Assembly: GCA_045615365.1 (NCBI GenBank)
Contig: JAZLEQ010000042.1
Location: forward strand, 41,375-105,374
Direction: 5' to 3'
Origin: Alphaproteobacteria bacterium
Lineage (GTDB): Bacteria > Pseudomonadota > Alphaproteobacteria > RF32 > CAG-239
Length of the DNA stretch: 64,000 nt
This document shows, in pieces, positions 37,942-50,498 of this stretch (position 1 is the stretch's first letter; every line of letters begins with the position of its first letter). The notes beneath the pieces are model-generated. The model made no database searches. It was not told where the DNA came from and saw only the letters and a list, made by a program, of their open reading frames with translations. A program made the translations under genes and the position numbers.

Positions 37942-40689
37942 ATGGGAAAGAACATGGCAGAAAAAATTTGTTTAATTGATGGTTCCGGCTATATTTTCAG
38001 AGCTTTTTACGGACTTCCGCCTCTTAATGCTCCTGACGGAACACCTGTTAATGCGGTTTATGGTTTTACCAATATGTTTATGCGCTTAACAACCAAAATA
38101 AAATGCGATTATTGTTTGGTTTTGTTTGATGCCAAACGTCAAAATTTTCGCAATGAAATTTTTGCAGCCTATAAGGGAACAAGAAAAGAAACTCCGGAAG
38201 AATTAATACCTCAGTTTCCCATAATAAGAGAGGCGGTAAAGGTCTTAAACATCAGTTTTTTGGAGATGGAAGGTTATGAAGCTGACGATCTTATAGCAAC
38301 CTATGCCGAAAAAGCTTTGGCTCAAGGCATGGAGGTTGTTGTTGTTTCGGGAGATAAAGACTTAATGCAGCTGATTCGTCCTAATGTTGAGTTCTACGAC
38401 CCGATGAAAGACAAATTCTTTACACCTGATGATGTGAAGGAAAAATTTGGTGTTTTTCCTGAGAAGGTTGTTGATGTTCAAGCTTTGTCAGGAGATAGTA
38501 TTGACAATGTGCCGGGGGTTCCGGGAATAGGTCCCAAAACGGCAGCTCAGTTGGTTGAAGAGTATGGTTCTCTTGAGGGAATAATAAGCCATGCTCACGA
38601 GATTAAGCAGGAAAAAAGACGTCAAACCATTTTAGACAATGTTGAAAATGCTCGCATATCTCTACAGCTTGTAACCCTTAAAAAAGATGTTCCCGTTGAA
38701 AAAGAAATTAAGGACTTTCATTGTTGTTGTCCTGATTTGCAAATTCTTAAAGATTTTGTTGAAAAATACGGGTTCAACTCTTTGAAAAATCGTGTTGAGA
38801 AGTGGTATGTTGAGAGGTGTTCGCAAAAAGGTGTTTTGCCGGCTCCTAAGGTTGTTCAAAAAAAATATACCACGGTTAATGATGTCGATTCGTTGAAAGC
38901 GCTTTGTTCAAGGATTCGTTCAACCGGAAAAATGGCTATAAGTGTTGTTTCTGATGGAGGCGACCATGTTTTTAATCATCTTCAAGGAATGGCAATAGCG
39001 GTGGATGAGGGTGAAGCTTATTTCATTCCCCAAAACGAAGAAACTTGTTCAAATGAAGATTTGTTCGGTTTTTCTTCCAAACAAAAGCAAATTTCCAAAG
39101 AGATGTTTGTTTCTTATTTGAAGCCGTTGTTTGAAGGAAAATCCATATTAAAAATAGGACACAATATTAAAAATGCCATGCATTTTATTTCTAAGAGTTT
39201 TGGTGAAACAGCGTTTTTCCCCTATGATGACATTGCTGTCATTTCTTATTGTTTGGATAGCTCCGAACACTCGCATGACTTAAAAACATTAAGCGAAATG
39301 TTTTTGTCTGAAAGCATTCAAACATTAGATGATTTGCTGGGCAGCGGAAAAAACAGACAAAATTTTTGCGATGTTGATGTTGAAAAAGCTCAAGAATTTT
39401 TGGCATCGGCTGCAGACTACACTCTAAGATTGCATGGTTTGTTGAAAGAGCGTCTGATTAAAGAAAAAAAGGTTTCGGTTTATGAAGAATTTGACAGACC
39501 TTTGGTGCAAACTCTTTACAACATGGAAAACAGAGGAATAAAAGTGAATTCCGGAGAATTGCGCAACTTAAGTGAGTGGTTTGATAAAAGAATATCTGTA
39601 ATTGAGAAAGAAATATTTGCTCTTGCCGGCGAAGAATTTAATGTCGGTTCTCCTAAACAGGTTGGTGAAATACTTTTTTCTAAAAAAGGAATAAAAGGCA
39701 AAAAAACATCAACCGGAGCCTGGGCAACAGGCGCTGATGTTTTGGAAGGTTTGGCAGAGGAAGGAGAGGTTTTGGCTTCAAAAATTTTGGATTGGCGAGA
39801 GGTAAGTAAGTTAAAATCAACCTATACCGATTCTTTATTCGCTTTGTTGGATAAAGAGGGAAGGGTGCATACAACCTATAGTCAGATAACCGCTAATACC
39901 GGACGTTTAGCATCAACGAATCCTAATCTGCAAAACATACCTATCCGCAGTGAAGATGGTAAAAAAATTCGCTCATGTTTTGTTGCACAAAAAGGACATA
40001 AGCTTATTTCCTGCGATTATTCTCAAGTTGAACTGCGTTTGTTGGCGGATGTTGCCGATGTAAAAAAACTCAAACAGGCATTTGCTGAAGGTATAGATGT
40101 TCATACAGCTACTGCATCGCACGTTTTTGGGGTTAAACCGGAAAATGTAGATGCTGATTTGCGCCGCCATGCCAAAGCTATTAATTTTGGAATTGTCTAT
40201 GGTATGTCAGCTTTTGGCTTATCAAAAAGCATAGGAGTTTCAACCGGCGAAGCTAAAAACTACATAGATGCATATTTTGCCCAAATGCCGGAGATTAAAG
40301 ATTATATGGAAAAAACTATTGCTTTTGCCCATGCAAATGGTTTTGTTGAAACTCCTTTCGGTCGTAAATGTTCTGTTTTAGGGATAAACGATTCTAATAA
40401 GCGAGTGGTTGCCAATGCGGAAAGAGCTGCGATAAATGCTCCCATTCAGGGAGGAGCTGCTGATATCATAAAACTGGCAATGAATAAAATAGAAGGCGTT
40501 TTGCAAGAAAAGGGGTTAAAGGCAAGAATGCTCCTGCAAATACACGATGAACTTGTTTTTGAAGTTCCTGATGACGAAGTTGAAGAAGTCTTGATGTTGG
40601 TAAAATATCATATGGAAAACATCATCGATTCGCCTGTTTCCTTCAAGGCAGAGGCCGGTGTCGGAAACACATGGACTGAAGCTCACTAA
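37942..40689 (+). CDS. polA: DNA polymerase I
   Basis: 5'-nuclease LIDGSGYIFRAFY, pol motifs DYSQVELRLLA, RRHAKAINFGIVYG and QIHDELVFE. An alternative start lies at ATG 37954. Confidence 0.96.
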   Translation: MGKNMAEKICLIDGSGYIFRAFYGLPPLNAPDGTPVNAVYGFTNMFMRLTTKIKCDYCLVLFDAKRQNFRNEIFAAYKGTRKETPEELIPQFPIIREAVKVLNISFLEMEGYEADDLIATYAEKALAQGMEVVVVSGDKDLMQLIRPNVEFYDPMKDKFFTPDDVKEKFGVFPEKVVDVQALSGDSIDNVPGVPGIGPKTAAQLVEEYGSLEGIISHAHEIKQEKRRQTILDNVENARISLQLVTLKKDVPVEKEIKDFHCCCPDLQILKDFVEKYGFNSLKNRVEKWYVERCSQKGVLPAPKVVQKKYTTVNDVDSLKALCSRIRSTGKMAISVVSDGGDHVFNHLQGMAIAVDEGEAYFIPQNEETCSNEDLFGFSSKQKQISKEMFVSYLKPLFEGKSILKIGHNIKNAMHFISKSFGETAFFPYDDIAVISYCLDSSEHSHDLKTLSEMFLSESIQTLDDLLGSGKNRQNFCDVDVEKAQEFLASAADYTLRLHGLLKERLIKEKKVSVYEEFDRPLVQTLYNMENRGIKVNSGELRNLSEWFDKRISVIEKEIFALAGEEFNVGSPKQVGEILFSKKGIKGKKTSTGAWATGADVLEGLAEEGEVLASKILDWREVSKLKSTYTDSLFALLDKEGRVHTTYSQITANTGRLASTNPNLQNIPIRSEDGKKIRSCFVAQKGHKLISCDYSQVELRLLADVADVKKLKQAFAEGIDVHTATASHVFGVKPENVDADLRRHAKAINFGIVYGMSAFGLSKSIGVSTGEAKNYIDAYFAQMPEIKDYMEKTIAFAHANGFVETPFGRKCSVLGINDSNKRVVANAERAAINAPIQGGAADIIKLAMNKIEGVLQEKGLKARMLLQIHDELVFEVPDDEVEEVLMLVKYHMENIIDSPVSFKAEAGVGNTWTEAH

Positions 40690-40777
40690 AAGTCGGAAAA
40701 AACATAGGAAAACTTTAAATTTTGCTTTGGTTTTTAAGGCAAAATGTTGTATGTTTTATCCAATAATTTATTGATAA

Positions 40778-43225
<2,448 letters not shown>

Positions 43226-43237
43226 CAAGATTCAAAC

Positions 43238-43272
43238 AAAAGCCCTGATTTTCTAAATTTCAGGGCTTTTTT
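43238..43272 (+). terminator. rho-independent terminator after gyrB
   Basis: AGCCCTGA (43241-43248) / TCAGGGCT (43260-43267), then T-run. Confidence 0.75.
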
Positions 43273-43276
43273 ATAA

Positions 43277-43313
43277 TAAAAACCCTCTAATCAAAAAGAT
43301 TAAAGGGTTTTTG
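43277..43313 (-). terminator. rho-independent terminator after tsf
   Basis: AACCCTCTAATC (43281-43292) pairs with GATTAAAGGGTT (43298-43309) with one mismatch. A T-run follows on the minus strand. Confidence 0.6.
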
Positions 43314-43340
43314 TTTGTATTTTTTTCTTAAAGAAAAAGA

Positions 43341-44267
43341 TTATTTTGCTAATTGAGCAGCAACTTCAGATGCAAAATCTTCTTCTTTCTTTTGCAAGCC
43401 TTCACCGAGTTTGAATCTTACAAAGTTAACCAATTTAATTTCTGTTCCCAATTCTTTTGCGGCATCAGCAATAACTTGTTTAACTTTTTTATCCGGATCC
43501 ATAATATAAGCTTGTTCTTCCAAGACAACTTCGTCGTAATATTTACGAACACGACCTTCAACCATTTTCTCAATGATATTTTCGGGCTTGCCGGAAGCTT
43601 TAGCTTGTTCTGCAAAAATAGATTTTTCGTGTTCAACTGCAGCAGCATCAACGGAAGCAGTATTCAAGAACAGTGGAGCAGAAGCTGCAATATGCATAGC
43701 AACGTGTTTACCCAATTCTTCAAGTTTAGCTTTGTCAGCTGTTGATTCTAAAGCAACCAAAACACCGATTTTGCCGAGATTATCGCCACAGCAATTGTGC
43801 AAGTAAGAAGCAACAACACCATTGTTAACTTCAAGCATTGCAGCGCGGCGCAAATTCATGTTTTCGCCGATTTTTGCAATCATGTCTGTCAGGCGTTCTT
43901 CAAAAGTTTTGTTGCATTTTGGGCAATTAAAAGCTTTCATATCGCAAACTTCGCCTGAAGTCATCAAAGCAACTTTAGCTGCGTCAGCAACATATTCTTT
44001 GAAGATATCGTTTTTAGCAACGAAGTCTGTTTCTGAGTTAACTTCGGCAATAGCACCTTTGTTGCCCTCAACATAAACTGAAACCAAACCTTCGGCAGCA
44101 ATACGACTTGCTTTTTTAGCGGCAGAAGCCAAACCTTTTTTGCGCAACCAATCTACGGCTTCATCCATATTTCCGTTTGTTTCAACCAAAGCTTTTTTGC
44201 AATCAAGCATACCGGCACCGGTTGATTCTCTAAGCTCTTTTACTTTTGCGGCAGTAATCTCTGTCAT
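43341..44267 (-). CDS. tsf: translation elongation factor Ts
   Basis: ITAAKVKELRESTGAGMLDCKKAL and the family-typical remainder. Confidence 0.96.
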   Translation of the reverse strand: MTEITAAKVKELRESTGAGMLDCKKALVETNGNMDEAVDWLRKKGLASAAKKASRIAAEGLVSVYVEGNKGAIAEVNSETDFVAKNDIFKEYVADAAKVALMTSGEVCDMKAFNCPKCNKTFEERLTDMIAKIGENMNLRRAAMLEVNNGVVASYLHNCCGDNLGKIGVLVALESTADKAKLEELGKHVAMHIAASAPLFLNTASVDAAAVEHEKSIFAEQAKASGKPENIIEKMVEGRVRKYYDEVVLEEQAYIMDPDKKVKQVIADAAKELGTEIKLVNFVRFKLGEGLQKKEEDFASEVAAQLAK

Positions 44268-44298
44268 TTTTTAAACCCTCTACAATTTTTAATTGGCT

Positions 44299-44322
44299 GG
44301 CGGCACTTTTGAATGTGCCGCC
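44299..44322 (-). other. GC-rich intercistronic stem-loop between rpsB and tsf
   Basis: GGCGGCAC (44299-44306), 8-nt loop, GTGCCGCC (44315-44322). No clear T-run on the minus strand, so an attenuator or processing site is more likely than a full terminator. Confidence 0.4.
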
Positions 44323-44354
44323 TGATTAGATAATATTTTGATTAAAGAAAAGAA

Positions 44355-45155
44355 TTATTCTTCGCTTTTTTCAGCTGCTTTTTTAGATGTTCTTTTTTTA
44401 GCAGGTTTAGCGGCTTCTTCTTTACCTTCAACCATTTCTTCAACTTTAACGCCTTGAGCAGCGATTTGAGCTTGCATACCGTCCAAAACAGAAGCAGAAA
44501 TCATTTCTGCATAGAATTGGATGGCGCGAATGGCATCGTCGTTACCCGGAACAGGCAAATCAACAACTTCCGGATCAGCGTTTGTGTCGCAAATACCGAT
44601 AACCGGTATACCCAACTTTTTAGCTTCTTTAATGGCCAAAAGTTCTTTGCATGTATCAATAACGAAAACCAAATCAGGTTGTCCGCCCATATTCATGATA
44701 CCGCCGAGTTCGAGTTGAAGTTTTTCTTGTTCCTTTTTCATACCTTGTAATTCTTTTTTGGTATAGCCGGCAACATCGTCTTTTTCAAACATTTCATTCA
44801 ATTTAACCAAGCGATTAATTGATTTGTGAACTGTTTTCCAGTTTGTTAACATGCCGCCCAACCAACGTTGATTTACATAGTATTGACCACAACGTTCAGC
44901 ATTTTCTTTGATGATATCTTGAGCTTGACGCTTTGTAGCAACAAACAAAACTTTTCCGCCTTGAGCGGCAATCTCTCTTGTTGTAGCCATAGCTGTATAA
45001 AGCATAGGATATGTTTTTTGCAAATCAATGATGTGAACATTGTCTTTTTTTCCGTAGATATACGGAGCCATTTTAGGATTCCAACGACGAGCGTGGTGTC
45101 CGAAATGAACGCCGGCTTCAATCATTTGGCGTAAAGTAAATTTAGGAAGAGTCAT
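44355..45155 (-). CDS. rpsB: 30S ribosomal protein S2
   Basis: MIEAGVHFGHHARRWNPKM and the family-typical remainder, with a Lys/Glu-rich C-terminal tail. Confidence 0.97.
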   Translation of the reverse strand: MTLPKFTLRQMIEAGVHFGHHARRWNPKMAPYIYGKKDNVHIIDLQKTYPMLYTAMATTREIAAQGGKVLFVATKRQAQDIIKENAERCGQYYVNQRWLGGMLTNWKTVHKSINRLVKLNEMFEKDDVAGYTKKELQGMKKEQEKLQLELGGIMNMGGQPDLVFVIDTCKELLAIKEAKKLGIPVIGICDTNADPEVVDLPVPGNDDAIRAIQFYAEMISASVLDGMQAQIAAQGVKVEEMVEGKEEAAKPAKKRTSKKAAEKSEE

Positions 45156-45437
45156 TTTTTTATCCTTTTTTTTCGGTTAAACCTCCGCAGATTCTGACAA
45201 AACCTGATTTCTCAAGCACCGAAGCGAAATAAATTCCGCTAAAAACCTGCGTGTGAAATTAAAAATCGCCACCATTGACGATTTCGCTACTCTTTCTACA
45301 CACAAATTCTTTAAAAATCAAGAGTTTTTTGCAAAAAAAAGATTTGTTGACTTATCAAAGATTGCTCTTGTTTATTTTAAGGTTTTGTTTTAATTTAAGC
45401 CTTGGAATACAAAGCTTTTGAAAGAATAGAGAATAAA

Positions 45438-47426
45438 ATGTCGGATTTATTTGATGCAACCAAAAATGAAACAAAAGAATATAGCGCTCAATCTATTGAA
45501 GTTTTAGAGGGTTTGGAGCCTGTCAGGCATCGTCCCGGAATGTATATCGGCGGAACGGACGAAACAGCGCTTCACCATCTTGTGGCTGAAATCTTAGATA
45601 ACTCAATGGATGAGGCTGTTGCCGGTCATGCTAATCATATTGATGTTGTGATGCATGAAGACTATTCTGTCAGCATTGTTGATAACGGACGAGGAATACC
45701 TGTTGATGCGCACCCGAAATATCCTAACAAATCAGCATTGGAAGTGATTTTAACAATGCTTCACTCCGGCGGAAAATTTGGTGGTGGTGCATACAAAGTT
45801 TCCGGCGGGTTGCATGGTGTTGGTTTGTCGGTTGTTAATGCTTTGTCTGAAAAGTTAGTTGTTGAAATTGCCCGAGACAAAAAGCTCTATTGCCAAGAAT
45901 ATGCCAAAGGAATCCCTCAAGGTCCGCTGGAATTAATAGGTAATGCGCCAAATCGCAGAGGAACATCTATAACATTTAAACCTGATCCGGAAATTTTTGG
46001 TGCTAACTCAAATTTACAGCCAAACCGCATTTTCCGCATGGCTCGTTCCAAAGCCTTTCTCTTTAAAGGGGTTAAAATAAATTGGCGCTGCGCTCCGGAT
46101 ATATTGGGTGAGGGTGAAGCAACACCTGTTGAGACAGAACTTTGCTTTCCTAACGGAATTTTAGATTTCTTAAATTATCAGGTTGGTTCAAAAGCAACAA
46201 TAAATCGTCGTCCTTTTGCAGGTGAGGCCGATTTGGACAATGATGAAGGCAAGGTTGAATGGGCAATCACATGGCCTGAAGATGAAAACGGTTTTTGCTA
46301 TTCCTATTGCAACACCGTAATAACCCCATTTGGTGGAACTCACGAAGCCGGTTTTAAGTCTGCTTTGTTGAAAGGGCTTAAAGAATATGGTGAAATGACC
46401 AATAACAAAAAAGCCGCTGCCGTAACCGCAGAAGACTTTTTGAGTGATGCGTCAATTATGCTTTCGGTTTTCATTCGTGACCCACAATTTCAAGGGCAAA
46501 CCAAAGATAAACTCACTTCTTCAAAAGCAACCAAATTAGTTGAAGCGGCTGTTAAAGATTCGTTTGATCATTGGCTTTCATCTGACTTGGAAAATGCAGC
46601 TGCGCTATTGGAATATGTAATTGAGAGAGCAGAAGCCAGAAAAAAGAAGAAGGAAGAAAAAGAAAAAGTGCGCAAAACACCCACTAAAAGGCTTCGTCTT
46701 CCCGGAAAATTGGCTGATTGTTCGCAAAGCTCATCTGAAAATACTGAACTTTTCATCGTTGAGGGAGATTCTGCAGGCGGCTCCGCAAAGCAAGGCAGAG
46801 ATAGAGTTACTCAGGCGATTTTGCCTCTAAGAGGAAAGATTTTGAACGTGGCCAGCGCTTCTTTGGAAAAAATCACTCAAAACCAAGAAATTAAGGATAT
46901 GATTGAGGCTTTGGGGTGTGGCACAAAAGATAATTATAAAGAAGAAAACCTGCGTTATGAAAAAATAATCATAATGACAGATGCCGATGTTGATGGCGCT
47001 CATATTGCATCGTTGCTCATGACCTTTTTCTACCAACATATGCCGCAGCTTATTGCTAATGGTCACTTATATATAGCAACCCCTCCGCTCTACAAAATAG
47101 CAGTTGGCGGCAAAAACTATTATGCGCTTGATGATGAAGATAAAGACAAAATCTTAGCCAAGGTTGTAAAGGGAAATCAAAAACCTGATATCAGCCGTTT
47201 TAAAGGGTTGGGTGAAATGAGTGCTCTTCAGCTTAAAGAAACCACCATGGACAAGAAAAATCGTATGCTTTTAAGAGTAATGATTCCATCGACCGTAACC
47301 GAAGAAGGCAAAGAGGAAGCATTTGAAACTCGTCGTCAGGTTGAAAGATTGATGGGTAAAAATCCGGAACTGCGTTTCAAATTCATAATTGAGCGCGCAA
47401 AATTTGTAAGCGACTTAGACATTTAA
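45438..47426 (+). CDS. parE: DNA topoisomerase IV subunit B
   Basis: [58 protein letters not shown] and DADVDGAHI. It lacks the GyrB-specific insertion. The start is set at ATG 45438. Confidence 0.9.
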   Translation: MSDLFDATKNETKEYSAQSIEVLEGLEPVRHRPGMYIGGTDETALHHLVAEILDNSMDEAVAGHANHIDVVMHEDYSVSIVDNGRGIPVDAHPKYPNKSALEVILTMLHSGGKFGGGAYKVSGGLHGVGLSVVNALSEKLVVEIARDKKLYCQEYAKGIPQGPLELIGNAPNRRGTSITFKPDPEIFGANSNLQPNRIFRMARSKAFLFKGVKINWRCAPDILGEGEATPVETELCFPNGILDFLNYQVGSKATINRRPFAGEADLDNDEGKVEWAITWPEDENGFCYSYCNTVITPFGGTHEAGFKSALLKGLKEYGEMTNNKKAAAVTAEDFLSDASIMLSVFIRDPQFQGQTKDKLTSSKATKLVEAAVKDSFDHWLSSDLENAAALLEYVIERAEARKKKKEEKEKVRKTPTKRLRLPGKLADCSQSSSENTELFIVEGDSAGGSAKQGRDRVTQAILPLRGKILNVASASLEKITQNQEIKDMIEALGCGTKDNYKEENLRYEKIIIMTDADVDGAHIASLLMTFFYQHMPQLIANGHLYIATPPLYKIAVGGKNYYALDDEDKDKILAKVVKGNQKPDISRFKGLGEMSALQLKETTMDKKNRMLLRVMIPSTVTEEGKEEAFETRRQVERLMGKNPELRFKFIIERAKFVSDLDI

Positions 47427-47437
47427 GAAGGTGATTT

Positions 47438-48382
47438 ATGAAAGTTTCCGCAATATTGTTGTCATTGCTTGTTGTTGCCATTTGGGGTATAAATCCGGCA
47501 ATAAGTAAGCTCGGCATGGAAGAAATTCCCACATTTACATTTTTGACAATAAGATATGCGGTGATTGCTTTGGCGTTTCTTCCTTTTGCTCGTCCGACCA
47601 AAAAAGAGCTTATTCAGTTGTTTTTTGTTGCCATAAGTTCTAATGTTATAACCAATATCATGAGCTATATTTCCTATGTTGAACTTTCTCCTTCAGCGAG
47701 CACACTTTTAGCCCAAACGGAAGGTCCGATTTCTGTTTTAATGGCTTGTGTTTGGGCAAAAGAACGCATAAATATGAAACAAGGCTTCGCTCTTTTGCTT
47801 TCGTTTATCGGCGTTGTTGTCATTATGGGCATTCCGCAAATGAGCTTGTATGGTGCAACATTAATGTTGGTTTCCAGATTCTTTTGGGGAATATGCCAGC
47901 TCATATTTAAAAGCACAAAACATATGCCGGTAACAGCCTTTTTGGCTTATTCATATTTGTTTGCCGTTCCGTTTATGGCTTTTGGCTCCATATTTGTCGA
48001 ACACTACGATTATAGTCAACTTGCAAATGTAAATTGGAATAAAGCCGGTTGGACTTTGGCCTATGAAATAGTGATTCTGTCTGTAGCAATGGTTTTGTGG
48101 CAAAAACTCATTGCGACAAACGGGGTTAATAAGGTTGCGCCCTTTTGCACATTAAGAATTATATTCGGTATAGCAGCCGGAATGCTGATGTTTAACGACC
48201 CGCTCAATTGGCAAACCGTTTTAGGGTCAATTTTAATAACATTTGGTGTGATTTTAACTATGCGAGAATTTACCATAATATTAAAAGCACGCACAAAATC
48301 GGTTATAATATACCGCAATGCACACCATATATTTATGGAAAGAAAATTAAAAAGAATATCCTTAAGAAAGAGACACAGATGA
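47438..48382 (+). CDS. EamA/DMT-family transporter
   Basis: About 10 TM segments with duplicated EamA-like halves. The N-terminus is MKVSAILLSLLVVAIWGINPAISK. Confidence 0.75.
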   Translation: MKVSAILLSLLVVAIWGINPAISKLGMEEIPTFTFLTIRYAVIALAFLPFARPTKKELIQLFFVAISSNVITNIMSYISYVELSPSASTLLAQTEGPISVLMACVWAKERINMKQGFALLLSFIGVVVIMGIPQMSLYGATLMLVSRFFWGICQLIFKSTKHMPVTAFLAYSYLFAVPFMAFGSIFVEHYDYSQLANVNWNKAGWTLAYEIVILSVAMVLWQKLIATNGVNKVAPFCTLRIIFGIAAGMLMFNDPLNWQTVLGSILITFGVILTMREFTIILKARTKSVIIYRNAHHIFMERKLKRISLRKRHR

Positions 48383-48849
48383 TTAGAAAAAGCAAAGAAT
48401 CCGATAATGAAAAAATATTGAGCATTTGGTTAAAGTGTTCGCAACAATCACATAGTTTTGTCAGTAATGAATATTGGCAGGAAATGTTGCCGATAGTTGA
48501 GAAATACTATCTTCCAAATACCGATAGTTTTGTTTTTGAGGATAAACACCAAGTAAAAGCTTTTATGAGTATTATAGATGATAAATATATCGGAGCACTG
48601 TTTGTTGATCCGGCATATCAAAACCAAAAAATAGGATTGAAACTGATAAACTATGCTAAAAAGATATATCCGGAACTGAGTTTAAAAGTTTTTGCCAAAA
48701 ATACTGACGCACTTCGTTTTTATCAAAACAACGGCTTTAAGATTGTTGCAGAACAAACAGATGAAAGCACAAAAGAAGAAGAACTTTTAATGTCTTGGTG
48801 TATGGAATGCAAAACCGGTTTTGCTAAAAGACATCCGGAGGATTCGTAG
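48379..48849 (+). CDS. GNAT-family N-acetyltransferase
   Basis: IGALFVDPAYQNQKIGLKLINYA (acetyl-CoA Q/RxxGxG/A motif) and RFYQNNGF. ATG 48379 overlaps the upstream stop (ATGA). The longer track ORF from 48208 is rejected. Confidence 0.8.
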   Translation: MIRKSKESDNEKILSIWLKCSQQSHSFVSNEYWQEMLPIVEKYYLPNTDSFVFEDKHQVKAFMSIIDDKYIGALFVDPAYQNQKIGLKLINYAKKIYPELSLKVFAKNTDALRFYQNNGFKIVAEQTDESTKEEELLMSWCMECKTGFAKRHPEDS

Positions 48850-48865
48850 GCCTTTTAAATTTTTC

Positions 48866-48902
48866 TTGACTTTGAAAGTTTTTTTTATTACTTTCAAGTC
48901 AA
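48866..48902 (+). other. imperfect inverted repeat just upstream of tRNA-Ala
   Basis: TTGACTTTGAAAGT (48866-48879), 10-nt T-rich loop, ACTTTCAAGTCAA (48890-48902). It may terminate the GNAT operon or act as a tRNA processing or regulatory element. Confidence 0.3.
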
Positions 48903-48907
48903 CCTTT

Positions 48908-48983
<76 letters not shown>

Positions 48984-48994
48984 ATTTAAGATTC

Positions 48995-49019
48995 AGCCCG
49001 TTTGAAACGGGCTTTTTTT
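48995..49019 (+). terminator. rho-independent terminator after tRNA-Ala
   Basis: AGCCCGTTT / G / AAACGGGCT (48995-49013), then T7. Confidence 0.75.
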
Positions 49020-49302
49020 GTGCCTGAAAAGGGGGGATGAAAGCTAAGTTGTAAAGGCTCTTGTGATGAATTGGAATGTTTATTTGAAAAAGCCCATTTA
49101 CCACAACTCATTCGCAATTTTTTGGAAAAGAAAGCAAAAGTGCTATTTGAGCATATGAACCAACCCAAACTTGGCTTTGCTAGGCAATCCATAAAAAAGG
49201 CATAACTTTGCGCCTTTTTCGTTTCGTATCTTTATCCGCTAGGCAATTTTGATGAGGCCTATTGGGATATCTATGAGGGTTGTCAGGCATTTTTAGAGAG
49301 TA

Positions 49303-50265
49303 TTAGTAATTGTCATATTTGACGTATTTTTCTGTTTTGGTAGGAACTTCAAATTGCTTTTTTAATTCATCAAAATGCTTTAAATTATACTCTGCAATTG
49401 CACCTTTTCTAGCACTAATCCGTTGTTTCAAAATGTCATCTGGCACATTCAAAAAATGTATAACAGGATTGAATCCCAAGTCCTTTGCCCTTTGTGTTGC
49501 TTCATCCCGACTAAGCTTTGTCCAAAATCCCATATCGAAAATAATGGATTTCCCTTTTTGGGTATATTCTTCTGCTTTTTTCCACAGATACTCTATGGTT
49601 TCAGAAAAACATTTGCTCCAATTTTGTTCGTATTCTTTTTTGGAAAACAATTTCATACACCATTCATCGGTATTGAGGTGAATTGCCCCCGTTTCTTTGG
49701 AGAGTTTTTGAGAATAAGTCGTTTTACCAGCTCCCAAAAATCCACAAATAAGGTAGCATTCAGGTTTGTTCAAAAATCCTTTAATAATCTCAGCAGTTTC
49801 TTCGGGTGTTTGGTTGTCATTGTTGATGATAAAGTCGGAGTATGGACGATTTTGATATCCTTCCTCATACATCTCTTTGATTCTGTTTCGTTCCCAATCA
49901 TCCAGTTCCCGTTCGCCTCGATTCTTTAAACATTCTTCCAAACTGGGTGCAAGGGTCACATTTATAAAACGAGTATTTTCATCCGCCATAGATGACCATG
50001 TTTTATAACTATTTTCACTGATGGGATAGGCAAATATAATCGTTTCGTATTGACGAGATTGTTTCAATGCTAAGAGTGTTTCATTTAGGCGTTTTTGACG
50101 TTCTGCCCAACCATCCTGTATAGAAAGTCCCAATTTTGCTTCCTCTTCGTCACTCATCAACTCATCCACTTCAATAAAAGTGGCATTGGGCAACAGATTT
50201 ACCAAAATCTTGGAAACTGTTGTCTTGCCTGAATTGATTGGTCCATTAATATTCAGTATTAACAT
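49303..50265 (-). CDS. tandem double P-loop kinase-like (AAA_33 / zeta-toxin / CPT-like) protein
   Basis: Two Walker A motifs about 170 aa apart, NINGPINSGKTT and ICGFLGAGKTT, each followed by a small nucleotide-kinase-like domain of about 150 aa. Confidence 0.65.
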   Translation of the reverse strand: MLILNINGPINSGKTTVSKILVNLLPNATFIEVDELMSDEEEAKLGLSIQDGWAERQKRLNETLLALKQSRQYETIIFAYPISENSYKTWSSMADENTRFINVTLAPSLEECLKNRGERELDDWERNRIKEMYEEGYQNRPYSDFIINNDNQTPEETAEIIKGFLNKPECYLICGFLGAGKTTYSQKLSKETGAIHLNTDEWCMKLFSKKEYEQNWSKCFSETIEYLWKKAEEYTQKGKSIIFDMGFWTKLSRDEATQRAKDLGFNPVIHFLNVPDDILKQRISARKGAIAEYNLKHFDELKKQFEVPTKTEKYVKYDNY

Positions 50266-50421
50266 TAAAACTCCTTGTGATTGCTTTCATCCTAACCAAA
50301 CCGCATATAAAAGTCAATCCTTTGGGAGACGATAAGCGACACTGTTTTTGCATACAAGTCATCTACAAAAAGGGCAAAAAGTAAATGAATTTATGCTGGT
50401 TTCCGTAGAAAATGAAAAAAT

Positions 50422-50435
50422 CTCCACCAATTTAA
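50422..50435 (+). repeat. direct repeat copy 2 (attR-like)
   Basis: CTCCACCAATTTAA, identical to the last 8 nt of tRNA-Ala plus the 6 nt downstream. Confidence 0.6.
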
Positions 50436-50466
50436 AAAAGCTCACTTAAAATAAGTGATCTTTTTT
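50436..50466. terminator. bidirectional terminator hairpin
   Basis: TCACTTA (50442-50448), loop AAA, TAAGTGA (50452-50458), with T-runs on both strands. It lies downstream of the minus-strand DMT gene and just beyond repeat copy 2. Confidence 0.55.
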
Positions 50467-50498
50467 ATTCTGCTCTTTTCAGGTTCTTAACAAAAAAC

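Noticed and set aside
45341-45401. Possible parE promoter (TTGACT near 45348 with a downstream T/A-rich hexamer).
   Set aside because: I could not find a -10 element at acceptable spacing with more than 3-4 of 6 matches, so it is too weak to report as a feature.
48208-48378. Upstream extension of the GNAT ORF (track start 48208).
   Set aside because: The extension lies entirely within the EamA transporter gene in another frame. ATG 48379 overlaps that gene's stop and begins the recognisable GNAT fold.
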